Shown: positions 1 to 12,900 of the stretch, one piece after another | How positions within the stretch are numbered: the first letter of the stretch is position 1 | How the letters are laid out: each line of letters opens with the position of its first letter | Source of the DNA: an uncultured delta proteobacterium | GTDB taxonomy: Bacteria > Desulfobacterota > Syntrophorhabdia > Syntrophorhabdales > WCHB1-27 | Assembly (NCBI GenBank): GCA_963810935.1 | Contig: CAWEPK010000016.1 | Coordinates: forward strand, 64,001-128,000 | Reading direction: 5' to 3' | DNA length: 64,000 nucleotides | The notes under the pieces: model-generated | What the model saw: the letters and a program-made list of their open reading frames with translations, nothing else | Database searches by the model: none | What the model was told of the DNA's origin: nothing | Made by a program: the position numbers and the translations under genes

Positions 1-470
1 TCCGTGCCGGCAACCGGTATCACGTAGTAGATCTGCCCGTTATTCAGGCCGCCCACGTTGTTCAGGTAGCTGCCGTCATTCTCATAGCGAACCATTTCGC
101 CTAACGTGTAAGTGTTGCCAGGGAGGGTGATCATACTATGTGTCAGGTCCACGACCGACGACGAGGACGGGTCGAAGGTCATGCCGACGGAGACGAGGGT
201 GTTCGTCGAGCCGGATGCGCCGAGGCTCGTGAGCGTGATGGGATTTCCTGCAAGGGCGTCTTCCAGGGTGGTTGCAAGTTGTATCTTATCCGTGCCGGCA
301 ACCGGTATCACGTAGTAGCTCTGCCCGTTGTTCAAGCCGCCGACGGCGGAGCCTCCGTTGGTCTCGTAGGTCACCATCTGGCCCGGCGTGTAAATGTTGC
401 CGGGGATGGTGATCGTATTGTCTGTCGTATCCACGACCGACGACGAGGACGGGTCGAAAGTCATGCTGGC
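1..470. repeat. Tandem ~288-nt coding duplication inside the giant gene
   Basis: tccgtgccggcaaccggtatcacgtagtag at 1-30 and 289-318; tccacgaccgacgacgaggacgggtcgaa at ~148 and ~430. Confidence 0.9.
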
Positions 471-970
471 GGAAGTTGAAGGCGCGGTGAGCTGCAGGTC
501 GGAACCCGCAGGCGTGCCGGTCAGGTTTACAGGGGTCGGATCAGTGCCCGTATCGGTCACGTTCACGAGATAGTTGCCCGTGCCCGCGTAGCTGACGTTG
601 ACGGTGTTGTTCCCCAGTCCGCCGTCGATGTTCAAGGTGGCGGTGTCGGCGTAAGCCTGCTTGGTTATCGTGTCATTCCCCACGCCGCCGTAAACGAACG
701 TCTGCCCGCTCACAGTCGCGATGGTGATCGTGTCCCCGGCCGGGCCGCCGTACAGGTTCGTTGTGGTCGCGTCCGTATTGGCGATAGTGAAGATATTCTG
801 CCCCTTGCCCAGCCAGACGTTGAGGGTCGCAACATTGCCGTACGTGATGCTCCCCGCCATACCGAGGCCGCTAAGGGTCGTGGACGTTAGGATGTCGTTC
901 GTATCGGCTGCCGTGGCGGCCGCGTTGCTGACGTTGAGCACTTCGGTACCGCCGTCTCCCGAGACGGTCG
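1..970 (-). CDS. Giant protein segment 5, open to the window edge (not in the ORF track)
   Basis: Hand translation gives TVSGDGGTEVLNVSN...MTFDPSSSSVVD...GGLNNGQSYYVIPVAGTDKIQLA...GGLNNGQIYYVIPVAGT with no stop. Confidence 0.8.
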
Positions 971-3900
971 AGAAGGGCGTTGATGTGGCTCGTGTTGCCG
1001 TCCGCGTAGGTCTGGCCCAGGCCCCAGCCCACGTTTACCGTATCGGTCGTGCTCTGGTCGTTGATGGTTGTATCGTTGTTTATCCCGGTCACGTAGACAC
1101 GTGTTCGCCCCTGCGCCCGTGTAAAGGTACGTAACAGCGCTCGTGGAGGCGATCGTGAACGTTGTCGGAGCCGGAGCCGAGGTAGATATACATGGTCGGC
1201 ACTGCGAGTAGCTTATGCTGCCCGACATACCGAGACCCGTAAGCATCGTGGACGTCAGGACATCGTCGGGATCGGCTGCCGTGGCGGCCTCATTGCTGAC
1301 GTTGAGCACATCGGCGCCGTTGTCTCCCGAGACAGTGAGGAGGGCGTTGATATGGCTTGTGGAGCCGTTGGCGTAAGTATAGCCCGGACCCCAGCCCACG
1401 TTTATCTGATCGGTCGTGCTCTGGTCGTAGATCGTTGTGTTGTTGTCTATCTCGGTTACGTACACTATGTTCGATCCTGCGCCCGTGTAAAGGTTCGTCA
1501 CGGCGCCCGTGGATGAGATGGTGAAGGTGTCGGGGCCGGCGCCGAGGTTGATGTTCAGGTATTCGGTTGTGCCGTAGGTGATGCTGCCCGGCATGCCGAG
1601 GCCGGTGAGGGTGGTGGAGGTGAGGGTGCCCGTCGGCCCCGCCGTATCGCCCGAGTCGTCGATGTTGATCGTATTCGTGCCGCCCTGGCCGTTTATCGTC
1701 AAGGCATCGGCGATCGTGCTTACGACGCCGCCCGTGTTGGTGGTTGTGGCCTTGCTGCCGATGTCGATCGTATCGTTGCCGCTTCCGGCATCGATCTCGG
1801 TGGGCGTGCCCGCCTGTACGTTGGTCAGGTTTATTACGTCGTTGTCGTGGCCGCCGGTTATCGTCAGCTTGGTGCCGGTGATAACGCCGTCTATAGTTCA
1901 GGTAGGTCGTCGAGCCGGAGGTATAGGCGTCTCCCTGGATCGTCACGTTGGTGGAGGAGTTCTTGCCCGTGTAACCGGCGGCGATCACCACATCAGGTTG
2001 CACTGTGACGTTGGTCCCGGCCACGATGCTTACGTAGCTCGCGTTACTCGCGATGGTCGTTATCTGCGACGAAGAGCCTTCGAGAATCACGGCCGTCCCA
2101 GCAATCAGCGAAACGTAGCCGTTGGCGGACTGGATGGTCACACCGGGATCGACCGTAAGGTCGCTGTTCGTCTCGCCAAGCGACGTGCCCGCCTGCTTGA
2201 CGATATCGCCTTGCGCGAATACGTCGCTGGATATCTCCAGGGGGCAGTCGGTGTTGACGTACACCCCCCCGCCGGCCTGCATGCCGTAACCGCTGCCCGT
2301 GACGCTGTTTGATAGGTCAAGGGCGCCCTCGTTATCCAGGTAGATGCTCCCGGCGGTCGATGCGCCCTGGACTATGGCCGCAATGGAACCTGACGGCGTC
2401 TGCGCCTTTATCGGGTTTGCCTGCGTGCCTATGTCGCCGGATGCGAAGAGGTATGTTTCCCCGGAAGTGATGTTGGTATTTCCTGTGCCGTTCAATATCT
2501 CGCCGGCCGGGGCGGAGATGAAGGCTGTGCCGGCCTGCGTCTGGACGGTGTTGAGGGAAAGGTTGCCCGTCGTCTCAGTCACGTACGTATTGAGACTGCT
2601 TAGAGAGGTCAGGTTCCCGGAGGCATGGATGGCAAAGCCGACCGCGACGCCGCCGGAGGCTTTGTTGATGACCCCGCTGTCGGCCTCAAGGGTTATATTG
2701 TTCCCTATCGCGACGGGCGCCACTGTTCCGTTCGCGTCGTAGAGGTTGACTGCGGCCCACAGGCCGATATTCCCGCCGTTCGTCGAATCGGCGGCTGCCA
2801 CGTTCATGTTGCCAGATACCTGGTGCAGGTAGATGTTCTGCCCAGCGGTAGCCGTGACTTTCCCGCTCTGGCCAAGGTCGGTCGCGACGTAATTACTGCT
2901 TGTACCGATGCTCCCCCCTGCCTGGAGGAATGCCGACTGGCCGCCGATTTCCCACACGCCTGCGGCCGCGCTGTTCGGGTTGTCGTCGAAGATCGAGCCG
3001 GTGCCGTCGGCAGTGAGGTATACGTTGGCGTTGCTGTATATATCGACGAGCCGCAAGTCGTACTCGGTGGCAGTAATATAGATGTCGTTTGCCGCGCTGG
3101 CACTCAGCGAGCCGGTGGAGAGGGCAACGTAGATCGGGACCGAGGAGGTGCCGATGCCGTTATTGCCGCCCTCGAGGATCGCGTTACCGCCTGCTACGAT
3201 CACGGGGTTGGTGTCGCCCCTGACATCTACGAGGCCTGACTGTGCCTGTATCCTTGCCTCGCCTCCGGCGTTCACGCTTTCAAGGTTGAACCCGCCCAGA
3301 GTGCCGACGTTCACGTTCCCCGTCGCATTGAAAATGACGGTGCCCGTAGTGGTAGCGATGTCAACCGACTTAACCTCGTTGACCGTGAGACTCACGGGCG
3401 TGTCGGAGACGTTGACCGTGCATCCCGTGCCCTTGCCTCCGGCCGTAGCGCCGCCGTTCGCCGCCGTATAACCGGAACCGAGGGAGACCACGTTGAAGGC
3501 GGCGACAGCGTTGTTCGTTCCAAGGGCGGTGACCTGAAGCTCCATACCCGAACCGCCGGATACGGTAAGCAGGTCGCCGACCGCGTAGCCGCTTCCTGCG
3601 GCGTTCAGCACGGGGAAGACGTTCGTGATGGCCTGTCCGCCTGCGTCATAGAAAGTGATGTCCTCAGGCTCCGCTGCCGCAATGGCCACTTTTGTGGCGT
3701 CCGAGAGGGAGGCTGGAAAGGGGCAGGGAGACTGTAAGGGTCCCGTTGCTGACGCCTATGTCGCCGGTGGTCGATGTATTGCCGCCTGCGCTCAGGTATA
3801 CATTGTTCCCCGTGATGTCCGTTGCCGTGCCGTAGAGGGTCGATGTTGTGGTGTGCGATTGGAAGATGCTTACGCTGACGGAGTTTTGCAACTGGGTCTG

Positions 3901-6900
3901 GCTCCATGCCGCCCTCTGGCTCAGGACCGCGCCGTCCGACAGGTAGTTCCCCGTCCCCGTTATGGTGCTCAGGTCGATCGCGTTGCCGCCCGCAGTCGAT
4001 GCGAGGCTGATTACCTGCTGGTTGCCGGTCGTGACGACATAGTATGTCTGGCCGTACGTGAGGTTGCCGTTCGTGTTGCCGGCCGTTCCGCCCTCGAAGA
4101 CGACTTCCTCGCCGTTCGTAAAGGCGTTGAGGCCGACGTTAACGGTAGTCCCCCCCGAGATGTTCGATGGGCCGAAAGTCTGATGTAAGACGTCCGTGGC
4201 TGCGACATCGGTGGTGGTGTTGAACCCCGAGGTGTAAGAGAAATTGGGGTCATAGTTGCCGCCGTCGTAGTGACTGCCGGCTTCTATATTCCCGACCTGT
4301 CCCCACGTCTGGTTCAGGGTGTGGTATTCCTGGGTTTCCTGGGTCTGAAGGGTGGCGAGGGCGTTAGCTACATAGGTGCTTTCACTCTCGCTCGGGTTTG
4401 TAAGCGCCTGGTATTGTGCTTGGTAGTACGCTGTATATGCCGTCGTCTGCGCGGCGGACAGGGTCACCGACTGGCCGTCGCTGTACGGTACGTTCCGCTC
4501 GAACGTGACCGCCTCGCCGTTCGTCAACGTGCCGCCGCCGCCCGTGTTGGATATGCCCGAAACCGCAATGGTGCCCGCCGTATTGTTGATGTAGGTAGAG
4601 GAGTCATTGAAGGTGACGTAGCTCGACGAACCGGTGTAGAGGCGCTGTTGGGCGCCGCCCGCCCCTGGGTCGCCCGAGGCCGTTATACTCACAGGCGCGC
4701 CTCCCGGGGTTAGGGAAAGACTTATCGTGCTCCCGTTCAGCTCGACGTAATAAGTCTGCCCCTGGGTGAGACCGCCGACATAATCGTCGGACTGGCTGTT
4801 CCGGTAGCTCCAGTACGTCTGGTAGTCCTGCGTCTCCGCCTGCTGGTACGCAGCGATCGTGTTGTTTACGCTGGTCTGGGCCGAGGCCCCTGTCGCATCC
4901 ATGTCGTCGTACATGCTGAGGAGCTCGTTCCACGTCCTGGAGTCTGTTGTGACAGTCGTATTGGCATTCGTCAGGTTCCCGTTCAACACCTCGACCCTTA
5001 CGTCGGCCGGTGTGGTTATGGCGTTCACCCGCAGGTCGCCCGTCAGCTCAACGATGTAGACATCGCCCTGGGCGGTAGCCGTGAGGGTGTCGTGGGTCGC
5101 GTCGGTCCCCGTATCCATGTTGATGGGAAGGGCGTCGGTCGCCGGGTTTGCATACGTGCCTCCCGTGCCGAAGGAGCCTATGCCGCCGTCAGTCGCAGTC
5201 AGCGTTACGGCGCCGCCGACAATAAGCGACTGCGTGGCCGAGAGGCCCGCCGCCGCAATCTGCGCTGCCGTAGCGGCCTTGATGCTTCCTGCCGCGGACA
5301 GCGTAATGTCACCGGCCGGCGCAGACGACGTTCCTGACTCTATCTGACTGACGACCATGTCGCCGTGTGGGTCCGTCAGGTCTATGTCGCCGGTCGTGCT
5401 CGTTGCATTGATCACGCCGGGCGTGCCGTTGTTCGGCGTCGTCGGGTCGACGGTAAGGGCGTTGCCGGCGCCTATGCCGGAAGCGGCCGAAAGTATAATG
5501 TTGTAGCCGCCGACGGAGGCGGTCGCGGCGCCCGTCTCGATATCGCCGCCGGAGGATGTGATGCTCGTCGTGCCTACCGCATCCTGGATCGAGCCTTTAA
5601 TCACGACGCTTCCCTGTGACGTTACGGTGATCCCTCCCGTATCGCTGCCAATGAACTGGATGTTAATCGGCTGGTCGGCCTTTATGCTCGCCATGTAGAC
5701 TGCGTCGTACCCCTGCTCGGTTACCGACGTCGAAGTATAGGTTTTCTTGCCGTACCACGTAGAGCTTTCCTGCACTGGATAGTCCTGCGTCGTGGCCGTC
5801 CCGACGGCGTTGAATTGGCCGCTGAAGGAGAAGTTGCCCGAGTAGGTTGTAGTCTGGTTCGAGCTACCACCGTACCAGTTTGAGACGCTGGTCGTAACGC
5901 TGCTGCCTGCCACGTAAGCACCCGGCTGTATCGCCAGTCCGCCCGTGGCTACAGTATTGGAGCTTGTCAGGTTCGAAGGCGTATAGAAGGCGGTGATGCC
6001 GAGCCATGAAGACGCGCTGTACGTGTTGGTCGTCGTCTCCATGAATTGCTGCCCCTCGGTCCAGTAGTAGCGTTGGCCCGACAAGGGCGTATATATTGCG
6101 GTCCTTTGGCCGAGGTCGGCGTTGCCCACTACCGCCTGGTAGTTGGGGTCGGAGGTGGAGGCCGGGTGACTTGGGTCACCATAGTAGTTGCTTACGGCTA
6201 CCTGATCGTTCGTCCCTACCGTGTACACCGTGGTCAAGGGCGTTCCGCTGCCGTTGGTATAAGCCGTGTTCGTAATCAGCAGCTCGCCGGCCACGCCTGT
6301 TCCCGTGCTGATATTGTTCGTGACTATCGCATAAGTGGTGTTGTTCGTTATGCTGACCGTGCCGTAACCGTCGAGGACTTTTATCTGGCCGCTGCCCGTG
6401 CTCACGATGTCGCCGTAGAGTTGCATGTAGCCGCCCTGCACGCTTATCGATCCCAGTTCGATCTGCTGGGTCTGGGCGTCGTAAGCGGCGCTTATAGTGT
6501 CATTGGCGCCGTCCGTCGTCAGCTTGAAGAGCTTGCCGTCGCTCGTCGAAAGGCCATAATACGATTCGAGATATTGGGCATACCACGTCTGGCCCGCCTG
6601 CTCATATGAGTAGACCGTGTTTGCCTCGCTGATTTGGGTCGCCGCATTTGTTCCTATGGTCACGGTCTGTGCCGGCTGGCCGCTCTGGACGATGCCGTCG
6701 ATGTTGAGGTACTCCGCGGCGATGAAGACGTTGCCGCCTGATACGATGCTGCTTGTAGGCTGCGCCGCAAGGGCTTTCGCGATGTCCGCCTGGATGGTTG
6801 AGTCCGCTCCTGCTGCATAGGTGTAACTCGTATTCGTCGGAGAGAGGCTCGCGTCCGCTACGGCCTGATTGATCGCCTGCTGCCACCAATATTGGGCCGC

Positions 6901-9900
6901 GGGGTCTCCGCCAACGTTGCTCAAAGCGTTTGTATAGTTCTGCACGTAGCCGCCGCCCGCCGTTATGGTAACGGTCCCCGCGTCGAGGTTGGCTTCTTCC
7001 GTGACGCCCCCGGCGCTCGTGATCGTCACCGTGCCGTTCAGGTTATTGATGTCTCCCGCGATCTCTATGTCAGGGGTCTGGGCCGAAGGGGCGTATGATT
7101 GATCTACAGGGTCACTCGCGTTGAATTCGCTCTTGATGGTAATCGTCGGTTCCGTGGAGCCTGACCCGCCGGCCGCGTTGATGTGGCCGCTTCCCGTTAC
7201 CCCCAGCGTGCCCCCATTCAGGCTTGTGAGCGGATTATAGTTGTACATCACCTGGCCTGCGCCGGTGTTGTTCGGTATCGTAATCCCTTCGATGCGGAGA
7301 TAGGCCGGGCTCTTGTTGTCGATAGTGACTGCGACGTTGCCCGCCGCATCGAGCGTCCCGTTGACGACGAGGGCGTTGCCCGAGGGGTTGGACGCCAGGA
7401 TATTGATACTCCCCTGCTGCGCCCAGATGGGGCTGACAGTGATAAAGGGCACCACATAAGAAGTGATATACGCGGTGCCGGCGCTGCCCGTCGCGGTGAG
7501 GCCGAGCTGCTGCATCTCGGTCGCTATGTAACCCGCCTGTGTGGCGTATGCCTGGCCGGCCGTCGAGCCGCCGTACACTTGCGCAAGCTCGGTATAGTAG
7601 TTGAATTCCATAACCAGGTTGTTGGCTTCCGATTCCGTGTCCGTAGTAAAGGTGATGTCGCCCGTTGAGGCATGATCGACTGTGCCGTCCATGTCTATGA
7701 TGAGCGTCTGCGTGTCCTCTATGCCCACCTCGATATTGCCGTTCACCGTTACAGTCCCAACGGTCGTCTCGGTCCCCGTGCCGCCCTGCATGGTAGCGGG
7801 TATCGGGGTGCCTCCCAGGGCGCTGTTGATGGCGCCGGAGACGGCCGTCAGCCAGTCTTTCCCCGTGCCGTAGGCTTCCAGTAAAATGTCACCGAGCGTC
7901 TGTGCGGTGAGGTTGGCGTCCTTGGCTGCCCTTAGGTCTGTATCTATATCCGTAACCGGGTCCTGCCCTCCGACATAGACTGTGTTGTTCTGCACGACTT
8001 CGCCGTGGGAGGTCAGCGAGCTGATGGGGATCGCGGCGGCGTTCAGCTCGTCGCCGTGCGAGGTCACGCTGAAGTAGTTCTCCGTCCCCAGGTGGTTTTC
8101 GCCGGCAAGGAGGTTCAGGTTGCCCATGGCCGTTACGAGGGTGCCTGTCCCAACGTTGACGGCGTCGTTCTCGTGGATGCGCGCGAGGGCGTCAACCGAT
8201 GCGGCGGCGGCCAGGCCGTACGTGTGCGCCTTCGGCTCGGAGTCGAGTATCCCCTTGGTGTAGCTCTCCAGGTCGAGGTCTCCGACGGTGCTGATCACGT
8301 CATTGTTGCCGAGAGCGGCGGTAGCGTTGTTCGTATCGGCCCTTATCTCGCTAACGACTCCTGCGCCCGCTATGGCGCCTCCGGCGTCGATGTCTACGGA
8401 GTCGTACGCCTCGACGTCATTGTAGGCGCTAACGATGAAGTCGCCGGGGTTGGTGATGCTCCCGGTAACGGCAATGCTGACGTAGTTGCCGATGGTGGCG
8501 GACGTATTGTTGGTGATATCCGTCTCGCTATCAGCCGCGCTCCCTGCGAAGACGCCGCCCGACCCTGCCTGGACGTCCCAATCGCCCGACCCGACTGCGA
8601 CAAAGTTCTTGAGGGTTGTGCTCTGCGCCGTCACGTCAAGGGACTGCGTGGTGATATTGGTATAGTTGCCGATGGAGGCCTGGACGGTGGAGTTGGCGTC
8701 GTTGTAGCCTGAAGCGCCGCTCCCGCCGACCAGTCCGGCAGCGAGCGAGTTGGCCTCGGCGTCGAACCGCGCCGTATGGTTCGCCGTGACCGTAAGGGCC
8801 GCGACATCCAGGTTCGTTGCGTTCGAGGACGACGACGCATCGGCTATGTAGGCCTCGGTGGTGCTCGTGTCTCGGACGGTCGATGCCGCGCCGGCGCCGG
8901 CAAGAAGCCCGCCCGAGCCCGACGTCGCCTGGGCAAGGTTTGTGTCATAGCCGGTTGCGGAGATCGTTACCGACGGGGCCGTCGCTTTCGCATATACGAC
9001 CGCCTCACCCTGGTAGAGTCCGCTGTCCGGCCCGACGTAGATCGACCCGTCGGCCGTATTCAATTCCGTGCCGGGGTCGAACGTGATTGCGGCGTCGCCG
9101 TTTGCAGGTGTGAGGGTGTGACCCGGCGCCGGAACTGTCGGCTCGCTCAAAGACAGGGTTACGGGGATCTGGGATGTTGCGTTGTCAAAGCTCGAAGCCA
9201 GCATCACCCTGGTAGGACTTATCTCCTGGAAGGACTGGTTGTTCCCGGTGGCCGACCCCGGCGTCAGGGTTGTGACAAGGTTCCCGTTCTGGTCCTTGAG
9301 GGTAAAGTAACCCGGCCTTGATGCATCCGCGGTGAGCGTGTAAACTGCGTTGTCCGTAAGACCGCCGATGGGCGCATACGGGGTATACACGGGAATACCG
9401 TTCGAGTCGGTCCCCGACTGGTAGCTGCCTGTCTGATAGACGACCTGATCGCCCGTCATGAAACCGCTTCCCGCCCCTAGGTCAACCTCGTTGCCGCTGA
9501 TATCGGTGGCGGGGTCGATTGTCTTCGATTCGTAGATAGGCACTACGTAATACTGGCCGCCGTCGGTGAGGCCGACCACGGAGGTCCCTCCGGTTATCGT
9601 GACGCCGGTGCCGATGTAGGCCTGGGTGGAGACATTGTTGCTGTCTGCCTCTGCGACGTTGCCCCCTGCGGCTACAAGGCCGTAAGCGTCTCCATTAGCA
9701 ACTGCGTATTGGTCTGTGTTGTTTGTCGCCGTGATGGCTACGGAGCTTCCGATCGTCAGGGTCGTTCCGTTGTCCACATAGCTTGTCACGGTGCCTGTAT
9801 TGACCGCCGTACTCTGCGTCCCGTCGACCGCCACCAGACCGCCCGTCGATCCCGTGGTACTCGCCTCAGCGGCGTGCTGGCCCGATGCTTCGGAATCGGA

Positions 9901-12900
9901 AGCCTGGACGATCAGGCTGCCGGCCTCTATGTTGCCCGCCGCCTTGGCCGTCACTGTAGGCGACACAGTTGCCGTTGCGACCGACGCGCCCGCCGCCAAA
10001 GCGCCAAGAGCTATGCCGCTGGCGTCCGATTCAAGCTGCGGCGTGGCCCCTGCGCTTACGGTCATTGCGCCGGTGACGTTGACGTTCGTGTCGTTGGGAT
10101 TACTGCCCGTGTAACTCGGATCGCTGCCCACGTAGGCAAGGAGCACCGGTGTGGCAGTGGATGCGGCCTCGTTATAGGTTAAAGCGCCTATGCCGCCCGA
10201 CAGGCCCCATACCTCGGAAAGAGTCGTATCGGATGCTATTGCCTCTACGGTGAGACCGCCCACGGTCATGCCCGCCGCATTGCCGACGTCGGTATAATTT
10301 CCGAGGTAGGCCTCGGTAGTGCCGCCTATGGTCGCCGTAACGACGCTTGCCCCTGCCGCCACCGTCCCAAGGGTTGCACCCAGGGCGATGCCGGTTGCGC
10401 TTTCGGTGGCCTGCGCTTCTATCGTCACGAGGCCCGCACCGTCGATTTCGGTCCTTGACGTATCGGACGTCCCCGATACGTACGCAAGCGTGTTACCGTC
10501 CATGGTGTTCGTGACAACTGCGCCGCCTGCTGCAAACCCGAGGGCGCCCGCAAGGGAGATGGCAAGCGAATTAATGCTGCCCGTATCCGTCGCGGTGACA
10601 TTGATGGGGCTCGACGCGCCCGCCTCGATAGTGGATGCGCCGTCGATGTAAGCGCTTACGTTATTGTCTATCGTGTTCGTCGCTGCGGACGCATTGAGCG
10701 CCACGCCGCCCGCTGCGCCGATGCCCGCCGCGATACTGGCTATCTGCTCGCCCGATATTGCCTCGACCGTCACGTCGGACCCTGTCGAGGTTACGGCGGA
10801 GCTCGTTACCGTCGCGCTTATCGTGTTCGTGATGCTGTTCGTAGAGACCGCCACGCTGCCTGCCGCGAGGCCCGCCCCCCCGATGCTGCCGGCCAGCGAG
10901 ACTATGTTTGCCGCCTGCGAGTATGAGGCATTGCTGTTGCTGTTCAGGGCGTTCTCGACCTTCGTCAGGGTGCTCGCCGGGATGTCCATTGCCGAAAGGT
11001 AATCGAGGCCGCCGCCCGGCGCGGTGTCGGATGCCTTGATGAGCACCTCGCCGCCTGCCGTAATGGTGGCGCTCGTGACGGAGGCTTCTACCGTGCTGTC
11101 GATCTCATTGTCCGTGATGGACGCCTGCCCGGCGACGCCGCCTGCGCCTGAGATACCGGCTGCCACGCTCCTGATGATCTCCGTAGACGTTGCCGTAACG
11201 TCCGTAGCGCCGCCCGAGATAACCGTAGAATTTGCGATGGTGGCTTCTACCGTGTTCGGTTGACCGGACAGCGAGCCGATGTAGTTGTCCGCAGTCGCCG
11301 CGCCTGCGCCTAAGAGGCCCCCGGCCGAAAGGCCGATGGCTATCGCATCTATCGTCGATGTGTCGGAGGAGCTGACCGTGACCGAGGCCGATGTCGAGCT
11401 GGAGAGTACGCCTGCATTGACCGAGCACGCCCTTGCTCCGTCATTCTCGATGGCTGCTTCCACGGTGTTATGGATATCGTTTATCGTGGCGGAAAGGTTA
11501 CCCGCTGCGCCCCCCGAGATAGCGGCGCCCGCTACGAAGGAGAGCACCTGGGCGTTCGAAACGGCGGACGCAGAGACGCCCGACCCGGTCTCAACGTCCG
11601 AGCCTGAGATCTCGGCCTCTATCGTATTGCCTATGTCGTTATATTCCATTACTACATTGCCGGCGAAGCTGAAGAGGCTGAAGGAAGCGGCGAAGCCCAG
11701 GTCTGCGCCCGTTATGCTCGATTCGTCCTTAGCGGAAATCGCGAGCTGCCCGCCCGCCCTGACGGTCGAATCCTGCACCGTTGCCGTGACCCCGTTCGCT
11801 ATCGCATTGCCCATGACGTTCGCGCCGAGCGATGCGACGCCGGACAGCACGAAGCCCGCCATCGCGGCGATGATCGAGTCATCAGTCTCACTCGTCAGAT
11901 TAATGTCGGCGGCGCCGTTGAGCGGCGATACGCCCGCCTTAACCGTCGATGAAATGATGCCCGTTGCGACGGTGTTATCGATTACGTTGCCCAGGACGGT
12001 CACGCTGGCCGCCACTCCGCCCGCCCCGCCTACATTGATGACGAGGGCCACTATATTTGCGGACGACAGGCTGCCCGGGTAGCTGCTCGTCCCCGAGTTG
12101 TAGGTCGATTGATCGTTAGTCGGCACGGTCCACGACGGTATGGTCGAGGGCGCTATGTCTTCGGCCGTAAGATTTATCGCTCCCGAAGTCGTTACCGTGG
12201 AGTCACCGGTTATCTCCGCTTCGACCGTGTTATGGATGACGTTGCCGACTGCGGTCAGGCCGAAAGAGGCCCCGCCGCCGGAAACGCCTATAACCAGGGT
12301 GCGGATGATGGCTTGCGATTCGGCCGTCTGGCTCAGGGAAGCCCCCTGGACCGTCGAGTCCTCTACGTTCGCCTCAATTGTATTTACGATCGTGTTTACT
12401 GCGACGGCCAATCCGGCTGCGCCGCCGCCTACCGCGACGTCGAAGGATAGAGCGTTGATCTGGGAGCCGTCGTTGGCGGTGAGGGTGATCGCGCCACCTG
12501 CGCTAACCGGCGCGCCCGCGGTCCCGCTATCGACTATGAGGGCCTCGGTGGTATCGGAAATTACGTTCGCCGAAAGGGTGATCCCGACGGCGCCGACTCC
12601 TCCGGCCAGAGATAGGGTCAAGCCGAGTATGGAAGCTGTCGATTCGGCGTCCAGGGTCAGGGAGGTGTCCGCCGCGACACTGCTGCCCGATATCTCAGCC
12701 TCGACGGTGTTGGTTATCACGTTTGCGCCGATCAGACCACCGATGGCGACCGTGCTGCCTGCTACGCTGATTGCGAGGGAGGTGATGTGTGATTCATTCC
12801 GGGCGGTCAGGCCCGTTGAGCCGCTGGTCGATGTAACCGTGGAATTACCGGAGATAGTTGCCGCCACCGTTTCTGTGATGACGTTGCCGAACCCTGTTGC

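Noticed and set aside
1..470. Direct repeats as a possible CRISPR array
   Set aside because: Only two copies about 288 nt apart, in frame within coding sequence; no cas genes.
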